IMG/VR virus record: IMGVR_UViG_3300042526_000402
Span: 1 to 64,000 of that record
From: a virus
DNA: 64,000 bases
Reading direction: 5' to 3' (one strand)
Position numbers and translations under genes: made by a program
Shown: positions 8,337 through 19,318 of the stretch, one piece after another
How positions within the stretch are numbered: position 1 is the stretch's first letter
Layout: every line of letters begins with the position of its first letter
The notes under the pieces: generated by a model
Told to the model about the DNA's origin: nothing
What the model saw: the letters and a program-made list of their open reading frames with translations, nothing else
The model's database searches: none

Positions 8337-11066
8337 TTATTCTTTTTCATCAAATTTGTTTTTGTTCTCTCTGGCAATTTCTAGTTGTTTATTAGCAATT
8401 TCTTTTTGAGCTTGTATTTTTTCTCTTTCAATTTGATTCTTTTGAGAGTCATTATTTTGTCTATTAGTTTCTTTTTCTCTCTGAAGATTCATTTGATCTT
8501 GAAACTGTTCACTATCTTTAATATCTTTCATAGCATCAATATAATCAGATTGCATGTTTTGGTTTATATCTACCATAGAGCCCATACCAGCAGCTCTGAT
8601 TTCTGCAATTAAAATATCTTTCTGTCTATTTTTTTCATCCCTCATTTCTTCAGCATCAATCTCCATTTTCTTTTGTTTTTCTTGAGACTCTATTTGCTGT
8701 TGTTGCATTTCTTGTTGATGTTGTTGTTCTTCTTGTTTTTGTTTTTGTTGTTTCTCTTCAGCAGCTTTAAGTGTATTATTAACTTCAGAGACAGTATCTG
8801 CTTGCACAAGTTTTCCTAAATCATAAATAGTTGCACCAGTAGTATTATTAGTCATAGCCATTTGTTTCAATTGCTCTAACACAGCTCTATGATTTGCTGT
8901 AGTGGTACAGAATATATTAAGATCTCTCATTAATAAGTCTGTCCCATTTATTTCAAAGTTTACTTTTTCATCTGTGGATGTGACATAGGAAAGTCTAGCT
9001 GACGGTTTTGTTGAATGATAATATTGTGCAAGATCTGTTCTCATTGTATGTACTCTAGGCATTAAGTAATCACAGTGTTGTATAAAGTATACTTCTGTTT
9101 GTGCATATGATGCTGATGCAGCTTGCTCTACCCCTGTAGCAGTCATTTGAGATAACTGTTGTCCCAATCTTTGAGGATTAATCCCAATTACATCATATGC
9201 TTGTTGCTTAAAATGTTCTGATAATTTAATCCTTGACATTAACCTGTTAGTCTGTTCTAGATCTAATTTCTGGAAATGTTGGAAGCTTAATGGGTTTTCT
9301 GTATTTGTAATAGATGTATCAAGCGGTAACATCTGGAAATTTTTCATAGCAACATAAGCTTTTGCTAAGTTGTTTTTTCCCCAGTCTTCTCCAGCAGAGT
9401 GTCTCGGTAATGCATTTTGATCAAGTAATATTACAGTACCTAACTCATCAACTAGTATGTCAGCTATTTGATTGTTTACAATATTGTATCCGATCTGATA
9501 TGGTTTCATTAAATCCAACAAAGATGTTGACTTAGTATTTCTATCAGAAAACACAGCTCCTTCTACAGGAAGCTTACAACCATACAAACTATTGTCACCT
9601 TTAAATTGAAATCTTAATGGTCCAATATGGTTTTTATCTATACCAATGTATAGTGGAGAAAATCCTCCAGGATTATTCATACCCCAGAATGAAGGAATAT
9701 TAGGACCAATTTTTACACCACCCCAAACTTCATTAATCCATATCCAGTCAATGTGCTCTCCATATACAAGAGTCTCTTTATTTTTATTCTTAAATAGTCT
9801 TGTATCATAAATTGGATTATCTGTTATTTTATAATCTTCAGTTATAATCTCATTAACAACTTCTCCGTTTTCTTTTATTTTTGTTAAGTGACCAACTTTT
9901 CTTTGAGATTTCCAATAGCAGGTTGTAACTCTTAATAAATATGCTGTACCTTGATCATAGTAATCTTCTCCTTCAGAAAGAATTTGATTGACTATATCTC
10001 CACCATCATATACAGAACCAGCCATCATTGTGGTATATTGTCTATATGCTAATGAAGGCATATTAGTATTCCATTCATGAGACTTAGTAGCATCATAAAA
10101 TGTACCATCATTTTGACCACCTATTGCATAACCCGCAGATCTAATTGGGTAGACTGCTTCTAATGCTTCATGTTGTTCTTCTGTAAGTATATAACCATAC
10201 TTATCAATTACATCAGCTACAGTCATCATGTCTACTTTACCTACCCAGTTACCTTGAGAAATATACCTTGCATCAGGAGACTTGTGATAGAAAGTAACAG
10301 GAGGATTCCATAGTTCTACTTCATAGTCATCTTCCATCATTCTAAAATGCCAAAACTCTCTGTCTGTAATAAGCATATCTCTGAACCCTCTTTCTTCTAG
10401 CTCATCCATATGGAATCTTTCAACATCTACTTTATGTTGGTGAGAAGCCCATTGTTCTACAAGAGATCTGTAATTTTTTTTAAAGAAGCCTTCTATTTCA
10501 GGTAATGATTTAATACTTTCTGGAGCCGTTTGTTGTTGTGCTTCAGGAGAGTTGGGATCCAACCCTTGTTCTAATAAAGCAGCTTGTATTTTATTAGTTG
10601 CATCTGACATTAGAGTATCTTCTACCATCTTTCTTTTTTGCTCCATCATCTCATTATATGAGAAATCATCAATGGCTCTGTAAGTAAGTTTGGTAGATCT
10701 TTTAGCAAATTCAGCTACAAGAACATTAATAACATTTGGGATAATAGGATAAAACTTTAACTCTAAAGCAGACCAGTCTTCTCTAGTTAATACATCAACA
10801 ATTTCTTTCATTTCATTGTTTTCTTCAACTATATAGTCTGACTTGTCTATAATACCTTTAGCAAGCTTATAGTTTTTCATCAGCCTCCGTGCATTTCTAC
10901 GGATTTGTTTTAACCCATTCCACTCTAACCAGTCAAGATTCCAAGCTGCCCACTCTTCATCTTTTTCCTTTTTAGGAACAAATTGTAAAGGTTGAGTAAT
11001 ACTACCCATTCTGTTATGAGATGCCTTTGCTCCTTTTTTGAGCTGCATAGCGTTAAATACTTGCAT
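8337..11066 (-). CDS. Portal protein (crAss-like)
   Basis: 909 aa directly after terminase; YPIIPNVINVL, KPYQIGYNIVNNQI, IGINPQRLG motifs; Q/E-rich C-terminal coiled coil. Confidence 0.85.
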   Translation of the reverse strand: MQVFNAMQLKKGAKASHNRMGSITQPLQFVPKKEKDEEWAAWNLDWLEWNGLKQIRRNARRLMKNYKLAKGIIDKSDYIVEENNEMKEIVDVLTREDWSALELKFYPIIPNVINVLVAEFAKRSTKLTYRAIDDFSYNEMMEQKRKMVEDTLMSDATNKIQAALLEQGLDPNSPEAQQQTAPESIKSLPEIEGFFKKNYRSLVEQWASHQHKVDVERFHMDELEERGFRDMLITDREFWHFRMMEDDYEVELWNPPVTFYHKSPDARYISQGNWVGKVDMMTVADVIDKYGYILTEEQHEALEAVYPIRSAGYAIGGQNDGTFYDATKSHEWNTNMPSLAYRQYTTMMAGSVYDGGDIVNQILSEGEDYYDQGTAYLLRVTTCYWKSQRKVGHLTKIKENGEVVNEIITEDYKITDNPIYDTRLFKNKNKETLVYGEHIDWIWINEVWGGVKIGPNIPSFWGMNNPGGFSPLYIGIDKNHIGPLRFQFKGDNSLYGCKLPVEGAVFSDRNTKSTSLLDLMKPYQIGYNIVNNQIADILVDELGTVILLDQNALPRHSAGEDWGKNNLAKAYVAMKNFQMLPLDTSITNTENPLSFQHFQKLDLEQTNRLMSRIKLSEHFKQQAYDVIGINPQRLGQQLSQMTATGVEQAASASYAQTEVYFIQHCDYLMPRVHTMRTDLAQYYHSTKPSARLSYVTSTDEKVNFEINGTDLLMRDLNIFCTTTANHRAVLEQLKQMAMTNNTTGATIYDLGKLVQADTVSEVNNTLKAAEEKQQKQKQEEQQHQQEMQQQQIESQEKQKKMEIDAEEMRDEKNRQKDILIAEIRAAGMGSMVDINQNMQSDYIDAMKDIKDSEQFQDQMNLQREKETNRQNNDSQKNQIEREKIQAQKEIANKQLEIARENKNKFDEKE

Positions 11067-11068
11067 AA

Positions 11069-13282
11069 CTATTTTATATTTTTAAATGGAGATCTTTTTA
11101 CATTTTGTCCTCCTGATGAACTACCTGAAGTCCTCCCCATATGACGGAAAGGACTACTGTTTAATTTAAACAAATTTTCTGACTTCTGCAAGTTTTTGGC
11201 TGCATCATCCATGATGACTCTCTTAGCATAACCTCTGTTTGCTTGCTGTATTCTCATGAATGCAACCAGTGCACAAAATGCTACAAGCCTATCCACATTG
11301 ACTCCATCTGAGTATGCACCCATTTCTTTTAGCAACATAATATCTGGTATCCTTTCAATACCATATTTAGTTCTTACAATAGTACCATCAGATTTAGTTT
11401 CAACATCTAATTCTTCTTTAGTATATTCTATAGCATAACTTAATAAGTGAGCTTTGAATAATGTTCCTGTATTCTTCCAACCATACTCTTGATATACTGA
11501 ATTATTAGAACCAAGATCTTTTAAGAACATTATTTGACTTTTTGGTACTAAGTACTTCTGCTTCTTTCTAGAGATCATGTACTGGATAAATAATGAGATG
11601 TTATTCTCAATTACTGTCCAGGCATTATACCATTCTATTATTGTCTCAAGTCTTTGGTGAGTTTTATTAATATCATCAAACCTTCCGCACCAAGCTGCTA
11701 CAATTTTATCTGGTTCTATATATGTTTCAGTTTCTATACCTGTAACCTTTGTTACTTCTACAGGAGCTTTCATTATATATATAGAACACAAAGATTCAGA
11801 TGTAGTTGTTTTACCTTCAGCTACGGGGTCAATAGAAGCATAGTACATTCCAAAGTTAGGATTCTCAACGGGTCTTTCCCATACTACAAGAACTCCTGTT
11901 TTATCTTCAGTATTTTTTGTAATTGGAAATTCTGTAATTGGTCTTTTATTACTATGCTCAGGAAGTATCTTTCCATTGGCATCTCTACCTAAATCTAAGA
12001 ACTCATATGGGTAATCTTTATCTTCAATTCTTCTTTGTTGTGCTGTTACCAAATGCATTGGAAACTTAGATACTGTTCTGTTAGCAAAAGCTTCTTCAAT
12101 ATTTCTTGGATGCTGAGAAATCCTTAACTGATATGTTTCCGGATCAAGTTCTTTTTTCCATTTTTCAAACTGATCATCTAATGCTTCTAATGCTTCTTGT
12201 ACTTTAGAATTTCCAAAGTTATCAATATAGGGAGGCATAGACCATTGCTCAGGTATAAATAACCCAGATTTTCCTACAGAACCTTTATTATCTAGCAAAT
12301 CAGTTTCTACAGAGTATATATCATTTTCAGTTGGATACAGAATCATTTTTCTTAATGGTTCACATTGAGATAAATCCCCCACTGATCCTGCTGCAATAAA
12401 CATACCTGTAGTAGTTAAACCAGATCTCATTGCAGGACGCATATACTCATATGTATTATTCATTCTTGGAGCAATACCAGCCTCCTCATGGAAGAAGTAC
12501 TTAACCGGACCCCCTACACCATTTGTTGGATCTTTCTCAAATGACATACCTTGAATAGTACCTTTAAGACCTACTTCTGTTTTTCTGTCCCCTCTCCTTA
12601 CCTCAATCTTCTGTTGCCACATCATCACTTTGTCTGGAGACATAGGTCTATACCATGCTGTATGTTCATTAAGAAAAGCCGCGTACTCTTGTAAAAACTT
12701 CCAGGAACCTTTCTCATTAATGTAGTCTTTAAGGCTGGCACCAATCTTTAGAGTAACCCCTTCTTCAAACCATTGCTGGTTAAGAAGTTTAGCCATGTGA
12801 TAATAAGAAGAAGCTATCTGTCTTTTCTTTAGAATAGCTACATGGTTATAATTTAATTCTGATAGTATTTCATAAAGAGCCATGTGATATTGAGCATCTC
12901 TAATATCAGCAAAACCAAACTTTTGTATTTCTTTGTTGAAGATGGGTAAGAAGTTTAACCACATATAGTAGTCTCTAGTCATATACCAGACTTTACCTTT
13001 TTCTTTAATCAAGAGTCCTCTTCTGCATTTTGCTTTCTGATCATCCCAGTATGTTATAAAATCTTTAGATTTAAAAGGAGCTGTACAATAAACTTTGTCT
13101 TTATTAAACTTTGCAGATTCTTGTGTAAATAAATTTGCGGTAGTATCATTAAACTCATACTTACCAGGTTCTTTAAAAACATTGGTTAATAAGTATTCAT
13201 AGAATTCTTCTCTTGAGTTAAAGTCAGTAGAAGCCCATGTACCATTATCCCATGTAGGTATGTCTTGATATATTTCTCTCAT
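11069..13282 (-). CDS. terL: Terminase large subunit
   Basis: LKKRQIASSY (Walker A variant), FFHEEAG (Walker B), YYASIDPV nuclease Asp, VIENN, NVDRLVA. Confidence 0.9.
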   Translation of the reverse strand: MREIYQDIPTWDNGTWASTDFNSREEFYEYLLTNVFKEPGKYEFNDTTANLFTQESAKFNKDKVYCTAPFKSKDFITYWDDQKAKCRRGLLIKEKGKVWYMTRDYYMWLNFLPIFNKEIQKFGFADIRDAQYHMALYEILSELNYNHVAILKKRQIASSYYHMAKLLNQQWFEEGVTLKIGASLKDYINEKGSWKFLQEYAAFLNEHTAWYRPMSPDKVMMWQQKIEVRRGDRKTEVGLKGTIQGMSFEKDPTNGVGGPVKYFFHEEAGIAPRMNNTYEYMRPAMRSGLTTTGMFIAAGSVGDLSQCEPLRKMILYPTENDIYSVETDLLDNKGSVGKSGLFIPEQWSMPPYIDNFGNSKVQEALEALDDQFEKWKKELDPETYQLRISQHPRNIEEAFANRTVSKFPMHLVTAQQRRIEDKDYPYEFLDLGRDANGKILPEHSNKRPITEFPITKNTEDKTGVLVVWERPVENPNFGMYYASIDPVAEGKTTTSESLCSIYIMKAPVEVTKVTGIETETYIEPDKIVAAWCGRFDDINKTHQRLETIIEWYNAWTVIENNISLFIQYMISRKKQKYLVPKSQIMFLKDLGSNNSVYQEYGWKNTGTLFKAHLLSYAIEYTKEELDVETKSDGTIVRTKYGIERIPDIMLLKEMGAYSDGVNVDRLVAFCALVAFMRIQQANRGYAKRVIMDDAAKNLQKSENLFKLNSSPFRHMGRTSGSSSGGQNVKRSPFKNIK

Positions 13283-13284
13283 AA

Positions 13285-13800
13285 TTATTGATCATATCCT
13301 AAACCAATTCCTCCGCGCACTTTGCTGGATTGTTCTTCTTGCAAATCTTTGTAGACTCCTTTAAAAGAAGCTCTGATATCATTAAAACTTTTAGCAGCTG
13401 CAATTAGAGAGTTAAAGTTTCCATCTCTACCAGTTGTAAACTGACTTGTTTCCATATATTTACCTAATCTATCTAGCATAGATGCAATACCTTTATATGC
13501 TCTTGATGTTGGTGTTTCATACATTCTTTGACAGAATAGTAAACCAATAGCAATGTCATCATCTTCTGTAGAAAACTCTGCTTCTATTTCTTGAAGTATA
13601 ATAGATTCTTTATCTATTTCAGGTGTATTAAAAAAAGGATTCATATCTGGATTAGGACATGTCATGTAAAACAAGTACTGGTAAATCTTTAAGTGTTCAT
13701 CTGGATAATTATCCATAATATCTTTTAAAGCTTTCAGTGTATAACAATGTTCTGTTGGTATCACAGTACCATTCTGAACATCAAACAATCTTACTATCAT
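13285..13800 (-). CDS. Conserved protein upstream of terL (possible small terminase)
   Basis: 171 aa ending in VRGG; position only. Confidence 0.5.
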   Translation of the reverse strand: MIVRLFDVQNGTVIPTEHCYTLKALKDIMDNYPDEHLKIYQYLFYMTCPNPDMNPFFNTPEIDKESIILQEIEAEFSTEDDDIAIGLLFCQRMYETPTSRAYKGIASMLDRLGKYMETSQFTTGRDGNFNSLIAAAKSFNDIRASFKGVYKDLQEEQSSKVRGGIGLGYDQ

Positions 13801-14093
13801 TTTCTTTTAAATATATTAGTATTAGACTTTTTTTTGGTTTTAACTATTGTATTTTTATAAATAAAAACAAGAGCATTTATTAATGAAGTTGCTTTATATT
13901 CCTCATAATATATATGATGTTTTAAAAGAACTGACCACTTTGATTTTTTTGAAATATCATAATTAGTAAACTCAGCATCTTGACCTGTAGAAGGAATTTT
14001 ATATAAATTTTTTACTAAAATATATTTAGAAAATTTCCATTTTACATTACCTACAAGAATTATATCTTTATAAAAATTAAAAAATTGTATCAT
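13797..14093 (-). CDS. Hypothetical protein, very AT-rich
   Basis: 98 aa ORF coupled to both neighbours. Confidence 0.5.
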   Translation of the reverse strand: MIQFFNFYKDIILVGNVKWKFSKYILVKNLYKIPSTGQDAEFTNYDISKKSKWSVLLKHHIYYEEYKATSLINALVFIYKNTIVKTKKKSNTNIFKRK

Positions 14094-14095
14094 AA

Positions 14096-14935
14096 TTATT
14101 TCTTTTTAATTACTATTTTGTTGTCTTTGATATAATGCATTAAAGCATTAACCTCATCTACAAGATACGGAATTACCATGGGGATTACTTCTTTTATTAC
14201 AGGATCTCCATTGTGATTTAGTTTAATTACTGGATATCCATATTCATCTTCTGAATCAACTTCAAACACAACATGATGAATAAACATTTTTCCTGGTTTT
14301 AATTTTGGATTATGTTTAAGCATAATGTACATGTAGATGCTTAATTGGATTGCATAATGATTAAAGTTACAATCATCTAAACTATCTAATGGAAATTGTA
14401 ATTTGTCTGAAGCTCCTTCCCAGTTTACAAAAGATTCTTTCTTAATCTCTTTGTTTGTCTTGTAGTCAATGATATTTATTTTACCATTCACTACCTCAAC
14501 TAAATCTGACTGACCACATATACCTGCAGATTTAAGATAAACCATATGTTCAGGATACACTCCTTCTTCCAGCTTCTGATTAGGTGCAAGTTTTATACCG
14601 CTTTCTGTTGTTTCATTAGGAATAAATATTGGTATATTCTTCCCATCAACTTCAAGAGATGATAATGCACAAAGATCTGCTTCTCTTTGATTATGGTAAT
14701 ATGTTCCCATAGTAACAGCTCTTTCAGATTCAGTTTCCCAAATCTCTTGTATTTTCTTTGGATCAATACCAAACCATTTAGATCTTTTATTCTTAGAAAC
14801 TTTTGCAGCAATAGACTTAGCATCAAAAGGTTTTTTAAAGTGAGCAACTAATGTTGTTACACTTATCCAATTGAGTTTATCTTCAGCTGTTAAGCTTTTA
14901 TAAGTATGATCTGTTGCACTAAAGTATATACTCAT
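14096..14935 (-). CDS. PD-(D/E)xK exonuclease
   Basis: ISVTT, GTYYH, ICGQSDLV, IIDYKT, YAIQLSIY motifs. Confidence 0.85.
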   Translation of the reverse strand: MSIYFSATDHTYKSLTAEDKLNWISVTTLVAHFKKPFDAKSIAAKVSKNKRSKWFGIDPKKIQEIWETESERAVTMGTYYHNQREADLCALSSLEVDGKNIPIFIPNETTESGIKLAPNQKLEEGVYPEHMVYLKSAGICGQSDLVEVVNGKINIIDYKTNKEIKKESFVNWEGASDKLQFPLDSLDDCNFNHYAIQLSIYMYIMLKHNPKLKPGKMFIHHVVFEVDSEDEYGYPVIKLNHNGDPVIKEVIPMVIPYLVDEVNALMHYIKDNKIVIKKK

Positions 14936-14936
14936 C

Positions 14937-15239
14937 TTATTTAAGATTATCTAGTTTATCCTCATCTTCTTCTGATATTAATGCTTTCCATCTCAAGTCT
15001 GGACAACTTGATGATAAAGATCTTGTTTTAAAAGAAAGTGAGCAACCACATAAATTACAACAAGGTTGTGTACCAGGCATAATACATGATTTGCCTTCAT
15101 CATCTCTTTTTACACAAATATTGCATTCAGCCATTCTTGCTGCTGCTATCTCTTCAACAAACTGATCTCTAATGATGGTATTTTTAATCCCCTCCATTAT
15201 TTCTTTCCGGTGTTTCCAGATGTTTTGAAATGTACTCAT
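14937..15239 (-). CDS. Cys-rich zinc-binding protein
   Basis: R..ECNIC...CNLCGC.L..KTR.....CP...W. Confidence 0.7.
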   Translation of the reverse strand: MSTFQNIWKHRKEIMEGIKNTIIRDQFVEEIAAARMAECNICVKRDDEGKSCIMPGTQPCCNLCGCSLSFKTRSLSSSCPDLRWKALISEEDEDKLDNLK

Positions 15240-15594
15240 TTTTAATAGTTTTAAAATTATTCTTTTTTTCTTCTTCTTTTAAAATGATAATGTCTAGTTC
15301 TTTTAATAATTCAATTTTAGACTCTAATTTCTTTTTATTAAAGTAAGCATTAAATGTAGATGTATCATGGCTTTTAAGTTTTCTTTCTGCTTCACTTATA
15401 CCTCTTCTTACATTATAGGCTTTACATACAAATTGACCTAACCCATCTACATTAATTCTAGGATGTACAAGATTTGATAATTTTTGTCTTAAATTCTTGT
15501 ACATGAACTCTACAAGATCCTCAATTAAATATTCACTAATACTTAACTCTTCTGAAAGAGTTTTATACAGGTTGTTTGTTTTCTTCGGATTCAT
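15184..15594 (-). CDS. HU/IHF-like DNA-binding protein
   Basis: Two N-terminal helices, then RINVDGLGQF (HU V.I.GFGTF-like). Confidence 0.55.
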   Translation of the reverse strand: MNPKKTNNLYKTLSEELSISEYLIEDLVEFMYKNLRQKLSNLVHPRINVDGLGQFVCKAYNVRRGISEAERKLKSHDTSTFNAYFNKKKLESKIELLKELDIIILKEEEKKNNFKTIKNEYISKHLETPERNNGGD

Positions 15595-15952
15595 AACCTA
15601 ATAATTTATAATCAAGAAGTATTGTCCCTGTTGTTTGAATTTTTAAATTTGGATTAAGCATAACTTGTTTTTTATTATTTGGATCTTTAATTACCAATCC
15701 AATTTTTTCAGATTTGTTAATACAGTTTCTTACTGTCTGTGGGGATTTAAAAATCCAATCTTCTTCAGAAGATGCATCATAACAAAAATGAGTTAATTCT
15801 ACTGGTTGATTAAAACTTAATAATGTCAAACAATTTAAATCAGAATCACTCATTACTACACGGTTAATGTAGCAATGAGTTAATATCTGAAACTTAACCA
15901 CATCCCATTTAGGCATCTTCACCTTTTTCTGAACTTGGTTAACTGTTGCCAT
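15563..15952 (-). CDS. Winged-helix DNA-binding protein
   Basis: SPQTVRNCINKSEKIGLVIK...LNP. Confidence 0.55.
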   Translation of the reverse strand: MATVNQVQKKVKMPKWDVVKFQILTHCYINRVVMSDSDLNCLTLLSFNQPVELTHFCYDASSEEDWIFKSPQTVRNCINKSEKIGLVIKDPNNKKQVMLNPNLKIQTTGTILLDYKLLGYESEENKQPV

Positions 15953-15954
15953 AC

Positions 15955-16245
15955 TTATGATTTTTTAAGTTTTCTCTCTGCTGTAGGAGTAGGTTCTTCT
16001 GACGGTAATCCTTCTTCTTCACCATCACCTGTTTCTTGCTCTTGTTGAGCAGCCATAATGTTAGCCCACTGAATTTGAATAGTAGCTCTCTTAAATCTTG
16101 CTTCCTCAATTTCAGTTAACAGCTTTTCATACTTAGCTTGTGCTTCTAAATAAGGATGTGACTCTGTGTAGAACTGCTTCATTTCTTCCTTTCTTGCAGC
16201 TAACTCTTCTTGAGTCAATTCTCTTTCTTCTGTTACATTTTCCAT
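15955..16245 (-). CDS. Coiled-coil hypothetical protein
   Basis: Likely start MENVTEE at 16245; the upstream extension in the ORF track is promoter-like AT sequence. Confidence 0.65.
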   Translation of the reverse strand: MENVTEERELTQEELAARKEEMKQFYTESHPYLEAQAKYEKLLTEIEEARFKRATIQIQWANIMAAQQEQETGDGEEEGLPSEEPTPTAERKLKKS

Positions 16246-16365
16246 TTTTATATTTTTTAAGTTTAAACAAAAATACAAATAAAGTTTAAATCTAAAATAT
16301 TTAAAATAAAAAAAATCCAGATGTACAAACACCTGGATTATTGTAAATTCATTATGTAATATGAA

Positions 16366-16524
16366 TTACCTATTTTTAATTGTAAAATTTAATATGGTTA
16401 AACAATAAAACATTCTAGTTTTATCAATTTCAATACTGAATACATCAATGCTAGATATTCTTAATTTAATTATTAATTTATCCCATTGTTTATTTGGTGA
16501 CTTCCAATTATTTCTAAATTTCAT
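16366..16524 (-). CDS. Small protein, 52 aa (MKFRNNWKSPNKQWDKLIIKLRISSIDVFSIEIDKTRMFYCLTILNFTIKNR)
   Basis: Translated by hand; ATGA overlap with the endolysin stop. Confidence 0.6.
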   Translation of the reverse strand: MKFRNNWKSPNKQWDKLIIKLRISSIDVFSIEIDKTRMFYCLTILNFTIKNR

Positions 16525-17114
16525 ATTTCAAATTCATTTAATAAAACATAAGTAACTTTCTTTTGTGGTTTCACAAGTTTAATTATTTCTAAATGTTTTT
16601 GTTTATTATTTACCACCTGACAACCTGCAGACCAAGTTTCAATATTTTCTTGAATACCTTTAAAATTACTATCATAAGTAGCAGCATGGAAGTTAATACC
16701 AAAACCAGAACCTTTAGTAGGAATTCCATACTCTTCTGATTTTTTATTTTTGTTTCCATCTCGGAATACAATAAAGTTACCTACTTGTTTTAAAGCTGGC
16801 ATTTTTCCTAAATGTAAACCATAAGCCCATACATCATAATACCACTCATCAGATTTAACTAAAGCAGCACCTGCTTTATTGTATTTAAGAAAACCACCTT
16901 CCAGAATTGGTGTACCAGGATTAGTTGTACCAGATACAACCATTATAAAAAGTTCACCATTAAATAAATAAAATTTATCATCAAATTTATTTGGAGCATC
17001 TTCATTAGATCTTATTCCAAGTATCCAATAACCTTGTGGAATATTTTTAAATGATGGTAAAGATTTTACTTTAGCAATTAATTGCTGATCATTATAAGTT
17101 CTTACGTTTGTCAT
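16521..17114 (-). CDS. Putative endolysin with L,D-transpeptidase-like His/Cys catalytic motif
   Basis: GINFH...WSAGCQV (H-x-SxGC), LGIR...NKFDD; adjacent to holin-like genes. Confidence 0.65.
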   Translation of the reverse strand: MTNVRTYNDQQLIAKVKSLPSFKNIPQGYWILGIRSNEDAPNKFDDKFYLFNGELFIMVVSGTTNPGTPILEGGFLKYNKAGAALVKSDEWYYDVWAYGLHLGKMPALKQVGNFIVFRDGNKNKKSEEYGIPTKGSGFGINFHAATYDSNFKGIQENIETWSAGCQVVNNKQKHLEIIKLVKPQKKVTYVLLNEFEI

Positions 17115-17124
17115 ACTTTAATTT

Positions 17125-17352
17125 TTAATGAGCAACTTGAGAATCATCAACTGTTAGTTGAGACATAGCGGCAATTAAACTACCACCAAATGCAGCGTAG
17201 CCACCTGCTGTAATAATTGCTATTGGCAAACCTACCGGAGCTGTTATTAACACTGTTCCTACAGCAGACAACACTAAACCTATACTTTGTACTTTTTTCC
17301 AAAACTTAGGTGTAGGTGCTAAAAATCTTTCTTTGATTGTTAATTTTTTCAT
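17125..17352 (-). CDS. Putative holin
   Basis: ERF.APTPKFWKK followed by two hydrophobic segments; next to the lysin. Confidence 0.6.
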   Translation of the reverse strand: MKKLTIKERFLAPTPKFWKKVQSIGLVLSAVGTVLITAPVGLPIAIITAGGYAAFGGSLIAAMSQLTVDDSQVAH

Positions 17353-17357
17353 AATGT

Positions 17358-17657
17358 TTATTTTTTAATTATCAGTGCTTTTACAGCATCTGAAAGTTCA
17401 CTAACATTTTTTGCAAGATTTTTAATTTCAAGCTGAGTCAGTTCTTGTATAGCTTGATACTTTAACTGATTTTCTTGTTGTACTAACTCAATTTTTCCTT
17501 TAAGTTTTCCAAGTTCTTCACTTGTTTTAGTGTGATGATTTAATAACAATTCAATGTCTTTTCTTGTATCATTATAAGCATTCCTTAAAAAGAAACTAAA
17601 CAGAGTAATAACAGTACCTGCTATAAATAATATTAAGGTTAATGTTGAAGCATCCAT
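17358..17657 (-). CDS. Membrane-anchored coiled-coil protein (lysis module)
   Basis: Likely start MDAST at 17657; one N-terminal TM helix then a coiled coil. Confidence 0.55.
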   Translation of the reverse strand: MDASTLTLILFIAGTVITLFSFFLRNAYNDTRKDIELLLNHHTKTSEELGKLKGKIELVQQENQLKYQAIQELTQLEIKNLAKNVSELSDAVKALIIKK

Positions 17658-17713
17658 GTACAATAAGTTTATAAAAATATATATAATAATATACAAAAAA
17701 TTTTAAAATAAAC

Positions 17714-17956
17714 CTATAAAAAATACTGTTCTCTAACCTCTATAGGAACATTATCCATCTCCTGAAACTTCTCAAATAAGATAGGTCTTTGAGTAATAGC
17801 TAATTCATAAATTTCATCTAATGCGGCTTGTTCATTTGGGTATGTGAAAAAACTTGCAATGTAGTCTGATATCTCTGGATCAGATGGTCTTAAACAAACA
17901 TTAGCCTCTAAATCGGGCTCTATGTAATAACTTGTTGATAATGTAAACTGTTTCAT
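17714..17956 (-). CDS. Small protein after tail fibre gene (possible fibre chaperone)
   Basis: 80 aa; position. Confidence 0.45.
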   Translation of the reverse strand: MKQFTLSTSYYIEPDLEANVCLRPSDPEISDYIASFFTYPNEQAALDEIYELAITQRPILFEKFQEMDNVPIEVREQYFL

Positions 17957-17958
17957 AA

Positions 17959-19233
17959 TTATAAAGAATAAACACCTAATCTATAAACATCAAATTGTCC
18001 TGAATTGGTAACACCACCTGCTGATGTACCCATAGTTCTTGCACCATAAAAATTTAAAGCTGGTGCTGGTAAATTATCATATATTGTTCCTTGTGCAATA
18101 GCTCCTGTTTGTTTATTTATTATTCTATAGTTAACTTCACTTGAATTTGGGGCATTATATAAGTAACAACTATAGATTGCTGTGATATCAGCATCTACTG
18201 TTCTATTTGAAGGAAATGAAGAACCTAAATCAACTTTTGTTGCTATACCTGATGCGTTATTGTGCATTATTTGTAAGTTGGCATCTCCTGAATCATTTGC
18301 AAATGCAATAATATTTACCAATGAAGAAGGTTGGTCATTTGCTGCACCACCTATAACCAAGTCAGATGCTGATGAAGCAAGACCCCAAAAGTTGTGTGTA
18401 CCTGTAGCAAATGCTGAATCTTTAATATTAAATTCACCTGTAAATAAAAATCCTCCTGAAACATACCATAATAAAGCAGACCCTCTTAGTCCAGAATATC
18501 TACCTGTTGCTACTATGCTTGCTGTTACACCCAGTCTAATACTTCTTGTTGCAAATGAAACAGCTGAAATTGCTCTAGCAACGGTAGTACCACTTGTAGC
18601 TAATGTTACACCTGCTACAGTATCAACTGTTGTAGAATTATTTCTAAATGTACTACCTCTCCAAATTCCATTAGAACTAACTTTGTAATTAAATGTATTC
18701 CAATCTTCTAAACTTAACCAACCATCAAATGTAGAAGTTGATTGTCCAAGCTTATATTTAATACTTTCTAAAGTTTCATCACCTGTATTTGTACTACTTA
18801 AATTAGCAGCATAGATATCCCCTATAAAAGTATCACCATTTATGCTTGCCGGAGTAAATCCAAGTGCAGCTTGTTTATTATTAAAAGTAGTCCAATCAGT
18901 TGAAGTTAAATATCCATCTGTAGAAGTGGTTGCAATACCTAACTTAGTTTTAATTGTTGCTGTAGTCTCATCACCAGTATTTGTACCTGATAGGTTTGTT
19001 GCAAAGATGGGACCAGTAAAAGTATCACCAGCTTTATTTGCCGGAGTATATCCTAAAGCAGTAAATATATTCCAAGATGTTCCATCTGAATAATAGTAAC
19101 TCCCATTATGATACACTATTCTTTTAGTATTTGCACTTGCTAAATTAGTTGTAATATCTAATGTATCAGCTCTTAAATTATTGATGTTATTACCTTGCAT
19201 GTTAACATCAACAAAAAACTTCTTGTCCGCCAT
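17959..19233 (-). CDS. Tail fibre/appendage protein
   Basis: Start MADKKFFVD at 19233; ALGYTPANKAGDT, TNTGDET and GYLTSTDWTTFNNKQ repeats typical of fibre shafts. Confidence 0.7.
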   Translation of the reverse strand: MADKKFFVDVNMQGNNINNLRADTLDITTNLASANTKRIVYHNGSYYYSDGTSWNIFTALGYTPANKAGDTFTGPIFATNLSGTNTGDETTATIKTKLGIATTSTDGYLTSTDWTTFNNKQAALGFTPASINGDTFIGDIYAANLSSTNTGDETLESIKYKLGQSTSTFDGWLSLEDWNTFNYKVSSNGIWRGSTFRNNSTTVDTVAGVTLATSGTTVARAISAVSFATRSIRLGVTASIVATGRYSGLRGSALLWYVSGGFLFTGEFNIKDSAFATGTHNFWGLASSASDLVIGGAANDQPSSLVNIIAFANDSGDANLQIMHNNASGIATKVDLGSSFPSNRTVDADITAIYSCYLYNAPNSSEVNYRIINKQTGAIAQGTIYDNLPAPALNFYGARTMGTSAGGVTNSGQFDVYRLGVYSL

Positions 19234-19318
19234 ATTATTATTTTTTACAAATATAGTGTATTTAAAAAAACCCACCCCTATTATGGAGTGGGTTTAGTTT
19301 ATTATTTTTTATAGTTAA